Shown piece after piece: positions 1 to 7,383 of a DNA stretch of 10,715 nucleotides; the first letter of the stretch is position 1; each line of letters starts with the position of its first letter. Origin of the DNA: a virus (Duplodnaviria > Heunggongvirae > Uroviricota > Caudoviricetes); the IMG/VR virus record IMGVR_UViG_2636415418_000006, positions 1 through 10,715 of that record; one strand, written 5' to 3'. The position numbers were made by a program, and so were the translations under genes. The notes under the pieces are model-generated. The model made no database searches. It had not been told where the DNA came from and saw nothing but the letters and a program-made list of their open reading frames with translations.

Positions 1-633
1 TTATATTAATTCGTATAATTTGGCGTAGTCGATAAGCTCTACAATTGAATGCAAACCTAGCTTGCCATAAATATTAGATTTATGCGCACTAACTGTTTTA
101 TTGCTAAGTAATAACTTATCGGCAATTTCTTTATTAGATAATCCGCTAACCAGATAACGTAATATGGTCACTTCACGATTAGATAGCACAGTGATCGTTG
201 AACTATTCGTACTACATTTATTGCTTTTTATATAGTTAAGCGTTTCGCTAGGAAAAAACGTGTATCCGGAGAGGATCATCTGAACGGCATGAAAAATATC
301 ATTCTGATCATTGCATTTACTGACAAAACCGTTAGCACCAGCTTGTATCGCTCTGCCAGCATAAAAGCATTCTGATTTCGATGATAAAAATAACACTTTC
401 ACTGTGCTCTGGATTTGTTTGATCCTTTTCAGGAAGGTAAAACCGTCTGTTCCGGGCAAGTCTATATCCATAATGATTAAATCAACAGGACGGGTTCGGA
501 GATAATCGATGGTTATGCGGTAATCATCCGTTTTCAGGACAATCTGCAATTCACTGTTTTTTTGCAACAGAACTTCAATAGACATTCTGATGATAGGATG
601 AGTATCCATAATGATCACCGACGTTGGTTTCAT
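1..633 (-). CDS. fimZ: LuxR/NarL-family two-component response regulator FimZ (receiver domain plus C-terminal HTH)
   Basis: The minus-strand ORF 1..696 translates to a protein that matches, from MKPTSVIIMDTHPIIR onward, my recollection of E. coli FimZ (210 aa). The ATG at 631-633 gives exactly 210 codons; the ORF-track start at 696 is probably an upstream in-frame ATG. The stop codon sits at 1-3. Confidence 0.88.
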   Translation of the reverse strand: MKPTSVIIMDTHPIIRMSIEVLLQKNSELQIVLKTDDYRITIDYLRTRPVDLIIMDIDLPGTDGFTFLKRIKQIQSTVKVLFLSSKSECFYAGRAIQAGANGFVSKCNDQNDIFHAVQMILSGYTFFPSETLNYIKSNKCSTNSSTITVLSNREVTILRYLVSGLSNKEIADKLLLSNKTVSAHKSNIYGKLGLHSIVELIDYAKLYELI

Positions 634-816
634 AGTTACCAGTCTCATAGGAGCGGACAATTTTCCGTTAGGGCGGTAAATTGTACTTTGATACATGAAA
701 ATACGGGTTTTCTTGATTCAGACGCGCAGCGGTGTGCGTTTGTTTGCCACTATAGCGAAATAAATCAGAAAATCAGACGCGGTCGTTCACTTGTTCAGCA
801 ACCAGATCAAAAGCCA

Positions 817-844
817 TTGACTCAGCAAGGGTTGACCGTATAAT
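817..844 (+). promoter_or_regulatory. Sigma70 promoter for argU tRNA: -35 TTGACT (817-822), 16-nt spacer, -10 TATAAT (839-844), GC-rich discriminator
   Basis: Both hexamers match consensus exactly, with a 16-bp spacer, and sit about 30 nt upstream of the mature tRNA 5' end. The GC-rich discriminator tcacgcg after the -10 is typical of stringently controlled tRNA promoters. Confidence 0.65.
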
Positions 845-875
845 TCACGCGATTACACCGCATTGCGGTATCAAC

Positions 876-952
876 GCGCCCTTAGCTCAGTTGGATAGAG
901 CAACGACCTTCTAAGTCGTGGGCCGCAGGTTCGAATCCTGCAGGGCGCGCCA
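876..952 (+). tRNA. argU: tRNA-Arg (anticodon UCU, 910-912), 77 nt with encoded CCA; attachment site of the prophage
   Basis: The sequence folds as a cloverleaf: acceptor stem GCGCCCT/AGGGCGC, D-arm, anticodon stem CGAC/GTCG with loop CTTCTAA, T-arm GCAGG-TTCGAAT-CCTGC, discriminator G and CCA at 950-952. It matches my recollection of E. coli argU, the known DLP12 integration site. Confidence 0.92.
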
Positions 953-967
953 TTACAATTCAATCAG

Positions 968-1360
968 TTACGCCTTCTTTATATCCTCCATAATTCCAGA
1001 GTGGGACATATTTGGGACATTATCACCAAAAATGTCGTCTATTTTCCTCGCATGCTCTGTCAAATGATTAGGCGCAAGGTGAGCATACCTACGAACCATT
1101 TCTATGGACTCCCATCCGCCCATTTCCTGAAGCACTGATAATGGGACGCCTGACTGAATCAGCCAGCTTGCCCAGGTGTGTCTGAGGTCATGGAAACGGA
1201 AATCTTCAATTCCTGCACGACGACAAGCTGATAGCCATGATGTCTTGCTGTCGATGCGCATCTTCCTGACCGCAGGCGTTGATGTTCCATCTGCTCGCTT
1301 AGCCGCCTTGGTATGTACAAACACCCATTTGTGATGCTTGCCTATTTGATCACGCAACAC
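968..1360 (-). pseudogene. intD: Tyrosine integrase, C-terminal catalytic fragment only (about 130 aa; N-terminal two thirds deleted)
   Basis: The ORF carries the integrase catalytic signatures HDLRHT (His-x-x-Arg box) and RRYAHL (catalytic Tyr region). It ends 16 nt from the tRNA 3' end, as expected for a tRNA-targeting integrase. A full-length integrase would be about 390 aa, but the 5'-truncated exo fragment sits directly upstream, so the N-terminus and xis are gone. The intD symbol is by position and analogy to K-12. Confidence 0.75.
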
Positions 1361-1397
1361 TTTACAGGCGGTACCCGGATATTATCGTGAGGATGCG

Positions 1398-1934
1398 TCA
1401 TCGCCATTGCTCCCCAAATACAAAACCAATTTCAGCCAGTGCCTCGTCCATTTTTTCGATGAACTCCGGCACCATCTCGTCAAAACTCGCCATGTACTTT
1501 TCATTCCGCTCAATCACGACATAATGCAGGCCTTCACGCTTCATGCGCGGGTCATAGTTGGCAAAGTACCAGGCATCTTTTCGCGTCACCCACATGCTGT
1601 ACTGCACCTGGGCCATGTAAGCCGATTTTATTGCCTCGAAACCACCGAGCCGGAATTTCATGAAATCCCGGGAGGTAAACGGGCATTTCAGTTCAAGGCC
1701 GTTGCCGTCACTGCATAAACCATCGGGAGAGCAGGCAGTGCGCATATTTTCGTCGCGATAGATGATCGGGGATTCAGTAACATTCACGCCGGAAGTGAAT
1801 TCAAACAGGGTTCTGGCGTCGTTCTCGTACTGTTTTCCCCAGGCCAGCGCCTTAGCATTAACTTCCGGAGCCACACCGGTGCAAACCTCAGCCAGCAGGG
1901 TGTGGAAGCCACGGTGCAATCTGGAATAACCCAC
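1398..1934 (-). pseudogene. exo: Lambda-type exonuclease (Exo/YqaJ family), 5'-truncated: the C-terminal ~170 aa are conserved and the native stop is retained
   Basis: From [37 protein letters not shown] to the terminal GFVFGEQWR the translation is near-identical to lambda Exo as I recall it. The first ~55 lambda codons are missing, and the ORF-track N-terminus MGYSRLHRG is non-homologous junction sequence. Homology begins near position 1907. Confidence 0.8.
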
Positions 1935-2254
1935 CGTACAGCAATATCAGGCCGTGGGTGGAAAAAGCCGCTGAGCAGTGCATACAACAGCGACAGACGG
2001 TAGTTATGCTTGTGCCAGAGGATATGTCAGTCGGATGGTTCAGCAAGGCTCTGGAGAGTGTCGACGAAGTTCGCATTATCACTGATGGACGGATTAATTT
2101 TATCGAACCATCGACAGGGCTGGAGAAGAAGGGAAACAGCAAAGGCTCCATGCTGCTGATTTGGCGACCGTTCATCAGTCCTCGACGGATGTTTACTACC
2201 GTATCCAAAGCGGCATTGATGGCGTTCGGGCAGGGCGTCAGGAGGGCGGCATGA
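1922..2254 (+). pseudogene. Phage DNA N6-adenine methyltransferase-like fragment (5'-truncated; begins at the NPPY catalytic motif)
   Basis: The frame containing ORF 1958..2254 stays open upstream to 1862 and encodes W-N-N-P-P-Y-S at 1922-1942, the [DNS]PP[YFW] motif IV of amino-methyltransferases. This is followed by VVMLVPEDMSVGWF and [11 protein letters not shown], which resemble the conserved C-terminal blocks of phage Dam-type enzymes. Sequence upstream of the motif is antisense exo, so the gene is cut at a deletion junction. The stop overlaps the ninE start in an ATGA arrangement (2251-2254). Confidence 0.4.
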
Positions 2255-2427
2255 GGCGACAGCGACGAAGTTTCACCGACATCATCTGCGAAAACTGCAA
2301 ATACCTTCCAACGAAACGCTCCAGAAATAAACGCAAGCCAATCCCAAAAGAATCTGACGTAAAAACCTTCAATTACACAGCTCACCTGTGGGATATCCGG
2401 TGGCTAAGATATCGTGCGAGGAAATGA
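2251..2427 (+). CDS. ninE: NinE family protein (58 aa)
   Basis: [58 protein letters not shown] matches lambda/DLP12 NinE as I recall it. A GGAGGG Shine-Dalgarno lies at 2241-2246. The ORF-track entry 2161..2427 is the same frame extended upstream. Confidence 0.85.
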   Translation: MRRQRRSFTDIICENCKYLPTKRSRNKRKPIPKESDVKTFNYTAHLWDIRWLRYRARK

Positions 2428-2771
2428 CAATGGATTATTCACAGTTAAGTGATTTTGAAATTAACAGAATGGTAGGAGACATAATTTTTAAAGGCCTTTG
2501 GGCAAGTAAACCGGAAACATCAGGGAATAACACCAACAAATGGTATTACGGAAATGCTGATACAACTTTTGAGCCATTAAATCATTTGCCTGACTACTGC
2601 AATGATCCGAGCGCTTCATGGCCGATTATTGAGAAATACAGGATTTCTATCTTAGACCAGTTAACTGAATGGTGTGTGGATGCAAAAGGCGTAAGCCCAA
2701 TATTTGATACCAGACCTCTCCGCGCCGCCATGATTGTCTTTCTCCTGATGCAGGAGGCCAATAATGCTTAG
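2424..2771 (+). CDS. Hypothetical nin-region phage protein (115 aa; possibly DUF2591/NinX-like)
   Basis: The ATG at 2424 overlaps the ninE stop (ATGA) and is preceded by a GAGGAA Shine-Dalgarno at 2417-2422, which suggests translational coupling. It has an acidic, Trp/Tyr-rich globular sequence. The family assignment is a weak recollection only. Confidence 0.6.
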   Translation: MTMDYSQLSDFEINRMVGDIIFKGLWASKPETSGNNTNKWYYGNADTTFEPLNHLPDYCNDPSASWPIIEKYRISILDQLTEWCVDAKGVSPIFDTRPLRAAMIVFLLMQEANNA

Positions 2772-2981
2772 CCCATCTCAATCCCTTCAATACCTGAAAG
2801 GAAGCATAGAGCGGGCTTCAATGTGCACAGAGTGGATTCTATCTAGGTTTAGCGCATACAGAAGATTGCCGGTAAAGGGCATGCCAAGCAAGTCGATGCT
2901 GCATATGCAAAAGAATGCGCGTTGGAAGGTATGGCGAGAACGCAGGTTATCTGGCTGAAAGAGGGGGTAATTAAGGCGTGA
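2764..2981 (+). pseudogene. Chimeric remnant: ninF-like 5' end (about 20 codons) fused out of frame to the 3' end of a ybcO-like (DUF1364) gene
   Basis: Frame 1 starts [18 protein letters not shown], which matches the lambda NinF N-terminus as I recall it, and then diverges. Frame 3 from about 2853 encodes [38 protein letters not shown], which resembles the YbcO C-terminus and ends in a GTGA overlap with the rusA start. Neither part has a complete reading frame. Confidence 0.45.
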
Positions 2982-3340
2982 ATACTTACCACATCACACT
3001 ACCCTGGCCGCCGAGCAATAACCGCTACTACCGCCATAATCGAGGGCGCACGCACGTCAGCGCAGAGGGGCAGGCATACCGCGATAACGTCGCCCGAATC
3101 ATTAAAAACGCAATGCTGGATATCGGCCTGGCTATGCCTGTGAAAATCCGCATTGAGTGCCACATGCCGGATCGCCGTCGCCGTGACCTGGATAATCTGC
3201 AAAAAGCCGCTTTTGACGCACTCACTAAAGCAGGTTTCTGGCTGGATGATGCTCAGGTCGTTGATTACCGCGTTGTGAAGATGCCTGTTACCAAAGGTGG
3301 GAGGCTGGAACTGACCATCACCGAAATGGGGAATGAATGA
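2978..3340 (+). CDS. rusA: Holliday-junction resolvase RusA (120 aa), GTG start
   Basis: The translation [44 protein letters not shown]...[11 protein letters not shown] is essentially identical to E. coli RusA as I recall it, full length. Confidence 0.9.
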   Translation: MNTYHITLPWPPSNNRYYRHNRGRTHVSAEGQAYRDNVARIIKNAMLDIGLAMPVKIRIECHMPDRRRRDLDNLQKAAFDALTKAGFWLDDAQVVDYRVVKMPVTKGGRLELTITEMGNE

Positions 3341-3477
3341 TGTTTGAGTTTAATATGGCAGAACTTCTTCGCCACCGCTGGGGGCGTCTGCGCTTATATC
3401 GTTCCCCCGGTTCTGTTTTGACCGATTACCGAATACTGAAGAATTACGCCAAAACCCTGACAGGAGCAGGAGTATGA
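3337..3477 (+). CDS. ylcG: Small protein YlcG (46 aa), absent from the supplied ORF track
   Basis: The ATG at 3337 overlaps the rusA stop (ATGA). The translation [46 protein letters not shown] matches my recollection of DLP12 YlcG, and the gene sits in the same place as in K-12, between rusA and quuD. Confidence 0.6.
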   Translation: MMFEFNMAELLRHRWGRLRLYRSPGSVLTDYRILKNYAKTLTGAGV

Positions 3478-3562
3478 AGTCAGAGATAACAATCAACTAA
3501 TACTGTTTTGTTGATTTTTGCTTGTAATTGGCGTTCTGGCCTGATTTTTGTGGAGTAAGTTG

Positions 3563-3946
3563 ATGCGTGATATTCAGATGGTTCTTGAGCGTTGGGGAGC
3601 GTGGGCGGCTAATAATCATGAAGATGTGACCTGGTCGTCCATTGCCGCCGGTTTTAAGGGATTAATTACTTCAAAAGTAAAATCTCGCCCGCAATGTTGT
3701 GACGATGACGCGATGATTATTTGCGGGTGCATGGCCCGTCTGAAAAAGAACAACAGCGATTTGCACGATTTATTAGTAGATTATTATGTAGTCGGTATGA
3801 CATTCATGTCACTGGCAGGTAAGCATTGCTGCTCTGATGGTTATATCGGGAAAAGGTTACAGAAGGCTGAGGGCATAATTGAAGGGATGTTAATGGCATT
3901 AGATATCCGGTTAGAGATGGATATCGTTGTTAATAACTCTAATTAA
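3563..3946 (+). CDS. quuD: Late-gene antitermination protein Q homolog (127 aa)
   Basis: [34 protein letters not shown]...DIVVNNSN matches DLP12 QuuD as I recall it. A GGAG Shine-Dalgarno lies at 3552-3555. The ORF-track start at 3548 is an upstream TTG in the same frame. Confidence 0.88.
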   Translation: MRDIQMVLERWGAWAANNHEDVTWSSIAAGFKGLITSKVKSRPQCCDDDAMIICGCMARLKKNNSDLHDLLVDYYVVGMTFMSLAGKHCCSDGYIGKRLQKAEGIIEGMLMALDIRLEMDIVVNNSN

Positions 3947-3979
3947 TATGCCAGTTGTTTACTAAAAATTATTAAAAAT

Positions 3980-3997
3980 GGGGCGTTGCAACGCCCC
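3980..3997 (-). terminator. Perfect 18-bp palindrome GGGGCGTTGCAACGCCCC flanked by A/T runs; candidate terminator for nmpC (minus strand), possibly bidirectional
   Basis: The hairpin and its flanks are read directly from the sequence. On the minus strand the stem is followed by ATTTTTAAT. It lies about 140 nt downstream of the nmpC stop. Confidence 0.4.
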
Positions 3998-4085
3998 CAA
4001 AAATAAAGGGTAATATATAACAGAAGGTTTATATAGTTAGAAGCAAGGTTGTGCTCCTAAAGGAAGTGGCTTGAGGGAGCCACTT

Positions 4086-4125
4086 ATATGTTGGGGAGGC
4101 AAAGCCTCCCGCAACATATCTTTTT
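4086..4125 (+). terminator. Rho-independent terminator (about 15-bp stem with one bulge, then CTTTTT); candidate tR'-like terminator of the Q-dependent late leader
   Basis: ATATGTTGGGGAGGC-AAA-GCCTCCCGCAACATAT is followed by TTTTT at 4121-4125, about 180 nt downstream of the quuD stop. This matches the lambda Q / pR' / tR' layout. A second hairpin (AAGTGGCT/AGCCACTT) lies at 4064-4085. Confidence 0.55.
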
Positions 4126-4135
4126 CGTAATCAGA

Positions 4136-5233
4136 TTAGAACTGGTAAACCAGACCTACAGCAACGATGTCATCAGTGCTTACACCGAGTGCTTTAGTGA
4201 AGTCATTTTTGTCAAGCAGGTTGATTTTGTAATCAACGAAAGTAGACATATTTTTGTTGAAGTAATAGGTTGCACCTACATCAACATATTTGACTAAGTC
4301 CTGATCGCCCCATACTCCAAGATCCTTACCTTTAGATTGCAGGTAAGCAACGGACGGACGCAGACCGAAATCGAACTGATATTGTGCAACAGCTTCGAAG
4401 TTTTGAGCTTTATTAGCAACGAAGTGATCAGCAAATACAGTCATATTCTGGGTTTCAGAATAGGTAGTGGCCAGGTAAATGTTGTTAGCGTCATATTTCA
4501 GACCTGCGGCCCAAACTTCTGCATTTTTACCGGAAGCAAATACTTCAGGAAGAACTTTCCCTGCATTAACTTGAGTGTCGGTACGATCAGATTTCGCATA
4601 AGTTGCACCGATACCGAATCCTTCGTATTCATAGGTAGCAGAGAAACCGAAGCCATCACCGTTACCTTCGGTGTAGTTATCGAAATCGCTACGATCGTTT
4701 TTGCCTTGGTACTGAGCAGCAAAGTTCAGACCATCAACCAGACCAAAGAAGTCGTTGTTACGATAAGTTGCAACACCAGTGGTGCGACCAGTCATGAACA
4801 CATCTGTTTGGGTCCAGGTATCGCCACCGAATTCTGGCAGAACGTCAGTCCACGCACCGATGTCGTATGCTACACCGTAGTTACGGCCGTAATCGATGGA
4901 GCCGTAGTCACCGAATTTCAGGCCAGCGAAGGCAAGACGGGTTTTATCTTTGGAGGAACCTTGAGATTCAGCGCGGTTGCCTTTGAATTCATATTCCCAC
5001 TGACCGAAACCAGTCAGTTGATCGTTGATTTGGGTTTCACCTTTGAAGCCAAGACGGGCATAAGTAGTATCACCATCATCTGCATCATTAGAGGAGAAGT
5101 AGTGCTTAGCATTAACTTTCCCGTACAGATCCAGCTTGTTACTGTCTTTATTATAAATTTCAGCTGCCTGAGCAGACATCGCCATCAGTACTGATGCAGC
5201 TACAGCAGAAATTGCCACTGTTAATTTTTTCAT
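4136..5233 (-). CDS. nmpC: General outer-membrane porin of the OmpC/OmpF/NmpC family (365 aa, intact, with signal peptide)
   Basis: The signal peptide [23 protein letters not shown] is followed by AEIYNKD, and the protein ends in the typical porin C-terminal F. It is full length, unlike the IS5-disrupted K-12 nmpC, and sits antisense between Q and the lysis genes exactly as in DLP12. Confidence 0.85.
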   Translation of the reverse strand: MKKLTVAISAVAASVLMAMSAQAAEIYNKDSNKLDLYGKVNAKHYFSSNDADDGDTTYARLGFKGETQINDQLTGFGQWEYEFKGNRAESQGSSKDKTRLAFAGLKFGDYGSIDYGRNYGVAYDIGAWTDVLPEFGGDTWTQTDVFMTGRTTGVATYRNNDFFGLVDGLNFAAQYQGKNDRSDFDNYTEGNGDGFGFSATYEYEGFGIGATYAKSDRTDTQVNAGKVLPEVFASGKNAEVWAAGLKYDANNIYLATTYSETQNMTVFADHFVANKAQNFEAVAQYQFDFGLRPSVAYLQSKGKDLGVWGDQDLVKYVDVGATYYFNKNMSTFVDYKINLLDKNDFTKALGVSTDDIVAVGLVYQF

Positions 5234-5806
5234 CGTGAGCCCTTTTTTTTGAACTATTATTAAAAAATGATGTCACTGCGCGATAAATATTCATCTAATC
5301 AATATGATTATTTCAAGATGTAAGTTTTGGTTTCTCGTTTGATTTGTGAAGTAGATCTCTATTTTTATCTGAACTTTTTTCTATCGAATCCTATTCATGG
5401 CTCTTGGCTGAATAAAAATAAATCTATTAGCCAATTTATATTAACGGTTGTTATTTATAAGTGCTCTATGATTTGAAGGTTCAATTTAAATCGGCTAAAA
5501 ATAACACTGGGAATTATTTGTTGGTTATTTGTTGAGATTTGCTTATGTATTTGTAGTGGTGTTTTCAATACTCGGTAGCATTCTCGCAAATATCATTTAG
5601 TGGTTTACGTACGTAAAAAATTGGTTATGCTGTTAAGAGTGGTTACTTCGTCACACAGCTTAAACCCGCCGTCGAGTGGGTTTTTCCATTTTTTGAGTCT
5701 CGATATTAGCTGATAACCCAATACCTGAGTTATTCACTGACTCCGAGTCTGTTACGTTTCGTAGTATTCCCTCAATTTACACCCGCTTTGTCTGCGAGGT
5801 GGGGTT

Positions 5807-5905
5807 ATGAAATCCATGGATAAGTTAACAACGGGTGTCGCCTATGGCACCTCAGCAGGTAGTGCCGGGTATCTGCATCATCGTCTGCCTGTCATGGGCT
5901 GTTAA
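5807..5905 (+). pseudogene. essD: Class I holin (lambda S / EssD-like), N-terminal 22 codons only, then frameshifted into Rz sequence
   Basis: [22 protein letters not shown] matches the EssD/lambda S N-terminus as I recall it. After that the frame reads [10 protein letters not shown] and stops, because the DNA from about 5873 is Rz coding sequence in another frame. Confidence 0.7.
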
Positions 5906-6293
5906 TCATTACCGTGATAACGCAATCGCCTACAAAGAGCAGCGCGATAACAAGGCCAGTGAACTGGAGAAGGCGAACGCCACCATCGCTGACATGCGGA
6001 AGCGTCAACGTGATGTAGCAGAACTCGACGCAAGATACACAAAGGAGCTTGCTGATGCTAACGCGACTATCGAAAGTCTCCGTGCTGATGTTTCTGCTGG
6101 GCGTAAGCGCCTGCAAGTCGCCGCCACCTGTGCAAAGTCAACGACCGGAGCCAGCGGCATGGGCGATGGAGAAAGCCCAGGACTTACAGCAGATGCTGAA
6201 CTCAATTATTACCGTCTCCGAAGTGGAATCGACAAGATAACCGCGCAGGTTAACTACCTGCAGGAATACATCAGGACGCAATGCCTGAAATAA
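5844..6293 (+). CDS. rzpD: Inner-membrane spanin subunit Rz (i-spanin) with a chimeric N-terminus; transmembrane helix [11 protein letters not shown] retained
   Basis: From [26 protein letters not shown] to the C-terminal QCLK the protein aligns with lambda Rz as I recall it. The first ~12 codons (MAPQQVVPG) come from holin DNA read in the Rz frame. The start at ATG 5844 (or GTG 5835) is uncertain. Confidence 0.7.
6055..6240 (+). CDS. rzoD: Outer-membrane lipoprotein spanin Rz1 (o-spanin), embedded in the +1 frame of Rz
   Basis: An AAGGAG Shine-Dalgarno at 6041-6046 lies 8 nt before the ATG. The protein has a lipoprotein signal peptide with lipobox GVSAC, a proline-rich mature part ([14 protein letters not shown]) and lies wholly inside Rz. 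This is the classic embedded spanin arrangement. Confidence 0.75.
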   Translation: MLTRLSKVSVLMFLLGVSACKSPPPVQSQRPEPAAWAMEKAQDLQQMLNSIITVSEVESTR

Positions 6294-6324
6294 TTTTTTT
6301 GCTAATCACAAAGTCCATTTAATG

Positions 6325-6349
6325 AGCCTCGCGATGCGGGGCTTTTTTT
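6325..6349 (+). terminator. Rho-independent terminator after Rz/Rz1 (8-bp stem AGCCTCGC/GCGGGGCT, loop GAT, seven T)
   Basis: Hairpin plus T-run are read directly, 32 nt downstream of the Rz stop. Confidence 0.6.
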
Positions 6350-6498
6350 ACATCTGAATTTCACAGCGCATCTCACGCGCATATTACATCACCCGAGCCT
6401 TTCAGAAAGTTGAGCCTGAGAACTGCCGTATATGGTGGCGACCATCTCGGGGCGGCTTTTCTGTGAGACAGGCTCACTTTCTAAAAGGTAAAGACGCT

Positions 6499-6987
6499 AT
6501 GAACCAATTAGAAGAAAAGCTTCAAAGAATGATTTCCTTATACAAGGAAGATAACTGCCAAAAAGTTCCTGAAAACATCGCAGAGTTAATGGAATTGGCA
6601 AGTGAATTTTCTGGCATGCTTAAGTCGTCAGGTGTTCGGTCAGCGTTCTTTGTTGAAATGCTGATGCACGGCGGACTTATGGCAACAATGAGACGTGTAA
6701 TGGAAGACCAGAGAAAAGAACCTCCTCAGGTATACGTTTTGTCATCGAAGAAAACTGGGCTAACCAAAATTGGGTATTCATCCAACATTCCACAACGCAT
6801 CAAATCGCTTGGCAACTCTGGACCAGACTGCTTGAAGCTTGAGTGCCTGATCCCTGGTGGAAGAGAAACTGAAAACATGCTTCATCGCAAATTTGCCGCA
6901 AAGAGAAAGCACGGTGAATGGTTCGCCCTGTCCAAGGATGACATTGAGGGATTGAAATCTGTAGCGATTACTTCTGATGGCTATTAA
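6499..6987 (+). CDS. T5orf172 (GIY-YIG-like) domain protein of 162 aa: helical N-terminal region of unknown function plus C-terminal T5orf172 domain; moron in the slot occupied by bor in lambda
   Basis: The C-terminal half (VYVLSSKKTGLTKIGYSSNIPQRIKSLGNSGPDCLKLECLIPGGRETENMLHRKFAAKRKHGEWFALS) follows the T5orf172/MUG113 pattern (hydrophobic-Y-V-L ... KIGyT ... R ... E ... LH ... GEWF). An AAGG Shine-Dalgarno precedes ATG 6499. The DNA is unrelated to lambda at this position. Confidence 0.7.
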   Translation: MNQLEEKLQRMISLYKEDNCQKVPENIAELMELASEFSGMLKSSGVRSAFFVEMLMHGGLMATMRRVMEDQRKEPPQVYVLSSKKTGLTKIGYSSNIPQRIKSLGNSGPDCLKLECLIPGGRETENMLHRKFAAKRKHGEWFALSKDDIEGLKSVAITSDGY

Positions 6988-7026
6988 TGCTTGTTTAGAG
7001 CAATTTTCATAACAACTCTTCATTAC

Positions 7027-7056
7027 AAAGCCCATCTACTGGTGGGCTTGATAATG
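7027..7056 (+). repeat. Hairpin AAGCCCA-(8 nt)-TGGGCTT followed by GATAATG; copy 1 of a repeated stem-loop motif
   Basis: Read directly from the sequence, 40 nt downstream of the T5orf172 stop. No T-run follows the stem. Confidence 0.4.
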
Positions 7057-7301
7057 AAACCGTGATTTACATCCCCACAATCCGGGTATGTAAAAGATAG
7101 TTCAGGCGAGAACGGATTTAACTAAATCTGTGCGCCACCAGTTAACGGCAGTACCACGAAACAACCCAAGCCAGTAAGTGGGGAAATAACACCGGCAGCC
7201 ACTGAAAGATGAACCTCCTGCCTTATGGCAAAAAAGATTCTTTGTGGTGGCGGACTGATGGAAAGACATCCTAATTTCAGCCAAACATTGAAGGAGTTGT
7301 T

Positions 7302-7373
7302 ATGTCAGCAGAAGGTTTCAATAACCCATCAAAATTCCGGGATGAGTGGGATAGCAGCGTAAAGAGTAAGTGA
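7302..7373 (+). CDS. Candidate small ORF (23 aa, MSAEGFNNPSKFRDEWDSSVKSK) with a strong Shine-Dalgarno
   Basis: A consensus AAGGAG at 7291-7296 lies 5 nt upstream of the ATG. There is no homology evidence, and the ORF is bracketed by the two repeated hairpins. Confidence 0.2.
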   Translation: MSAEGFNNPSKFRDEWDSSVKSK

Positions 7374-7383
7374 TGCCATCACA

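Noticed and set aside
562-843. Plus-strand ORF of 93 aa overlapping the fimZ 5' end and running toward argU
   Set aside because: It is antisense to the well-supported fimZ start and overlaps the argU promoter. It has no Shine-Dalgarno and a low-complexity His/Arg-rich translation.
1407-2385. ORFs 1407..1718 (+), 1784..1987 (-) and 1888..2385 (-)
   Set aside because: All are antisense or out of frame relative to the recognisable exo fragment or the methyltransferase-like/ninE frames. Their translations are low-complexity, which is typical of shadow ORFs.
2999-3225. Two minus-strand ORFs (67 and 65 aa) inside rusA
   Set aside because: They are antisense to a full-length, strongly supported rusA, and their translations are Arg/Ser-rich shadow sequence.
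4088-5194. Plus-strand ORFs 4088..4297 and 4337..5194 (285 aa) and minus-strand ORF 4498..4722
   Set aside because: They are antisense or alternate frames within the intact nmpC porin gene. The 285-aa plus-strand frame is a long shadow ORF of the porin and has no signal for a real gene.
5662-5695. Short hairpin AAACCC...GGGTTT followed by TTTTTCCATTTTTT, upstream of the holin remnant
   Set aside because: The stem is only 6 bp with a 10-nt loop, and there is no obvious upstream plus-strand gene to terminate. It is probably just AT-rich intergenic sequence.
5892-6205. Minus-strand ORFs 5892..6116 and 6005..6205 inside Rz/Rz1
   Set aside because: They are antisense to the Rz/Rz1 spanin genes, which have clear homology and embedded-gene architecture.
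6778-7284. Minus-strand ORFs 6778..7035 (85 aa) and 7102..7284 (60 aa)
   Set aside because: The first is antisense to the T5orf172 gene. The second has no Shine-Dalgarno, has a Trp/Cys/Gly-rich improbable composition, and lies in the hairpin-containing intergenic region.
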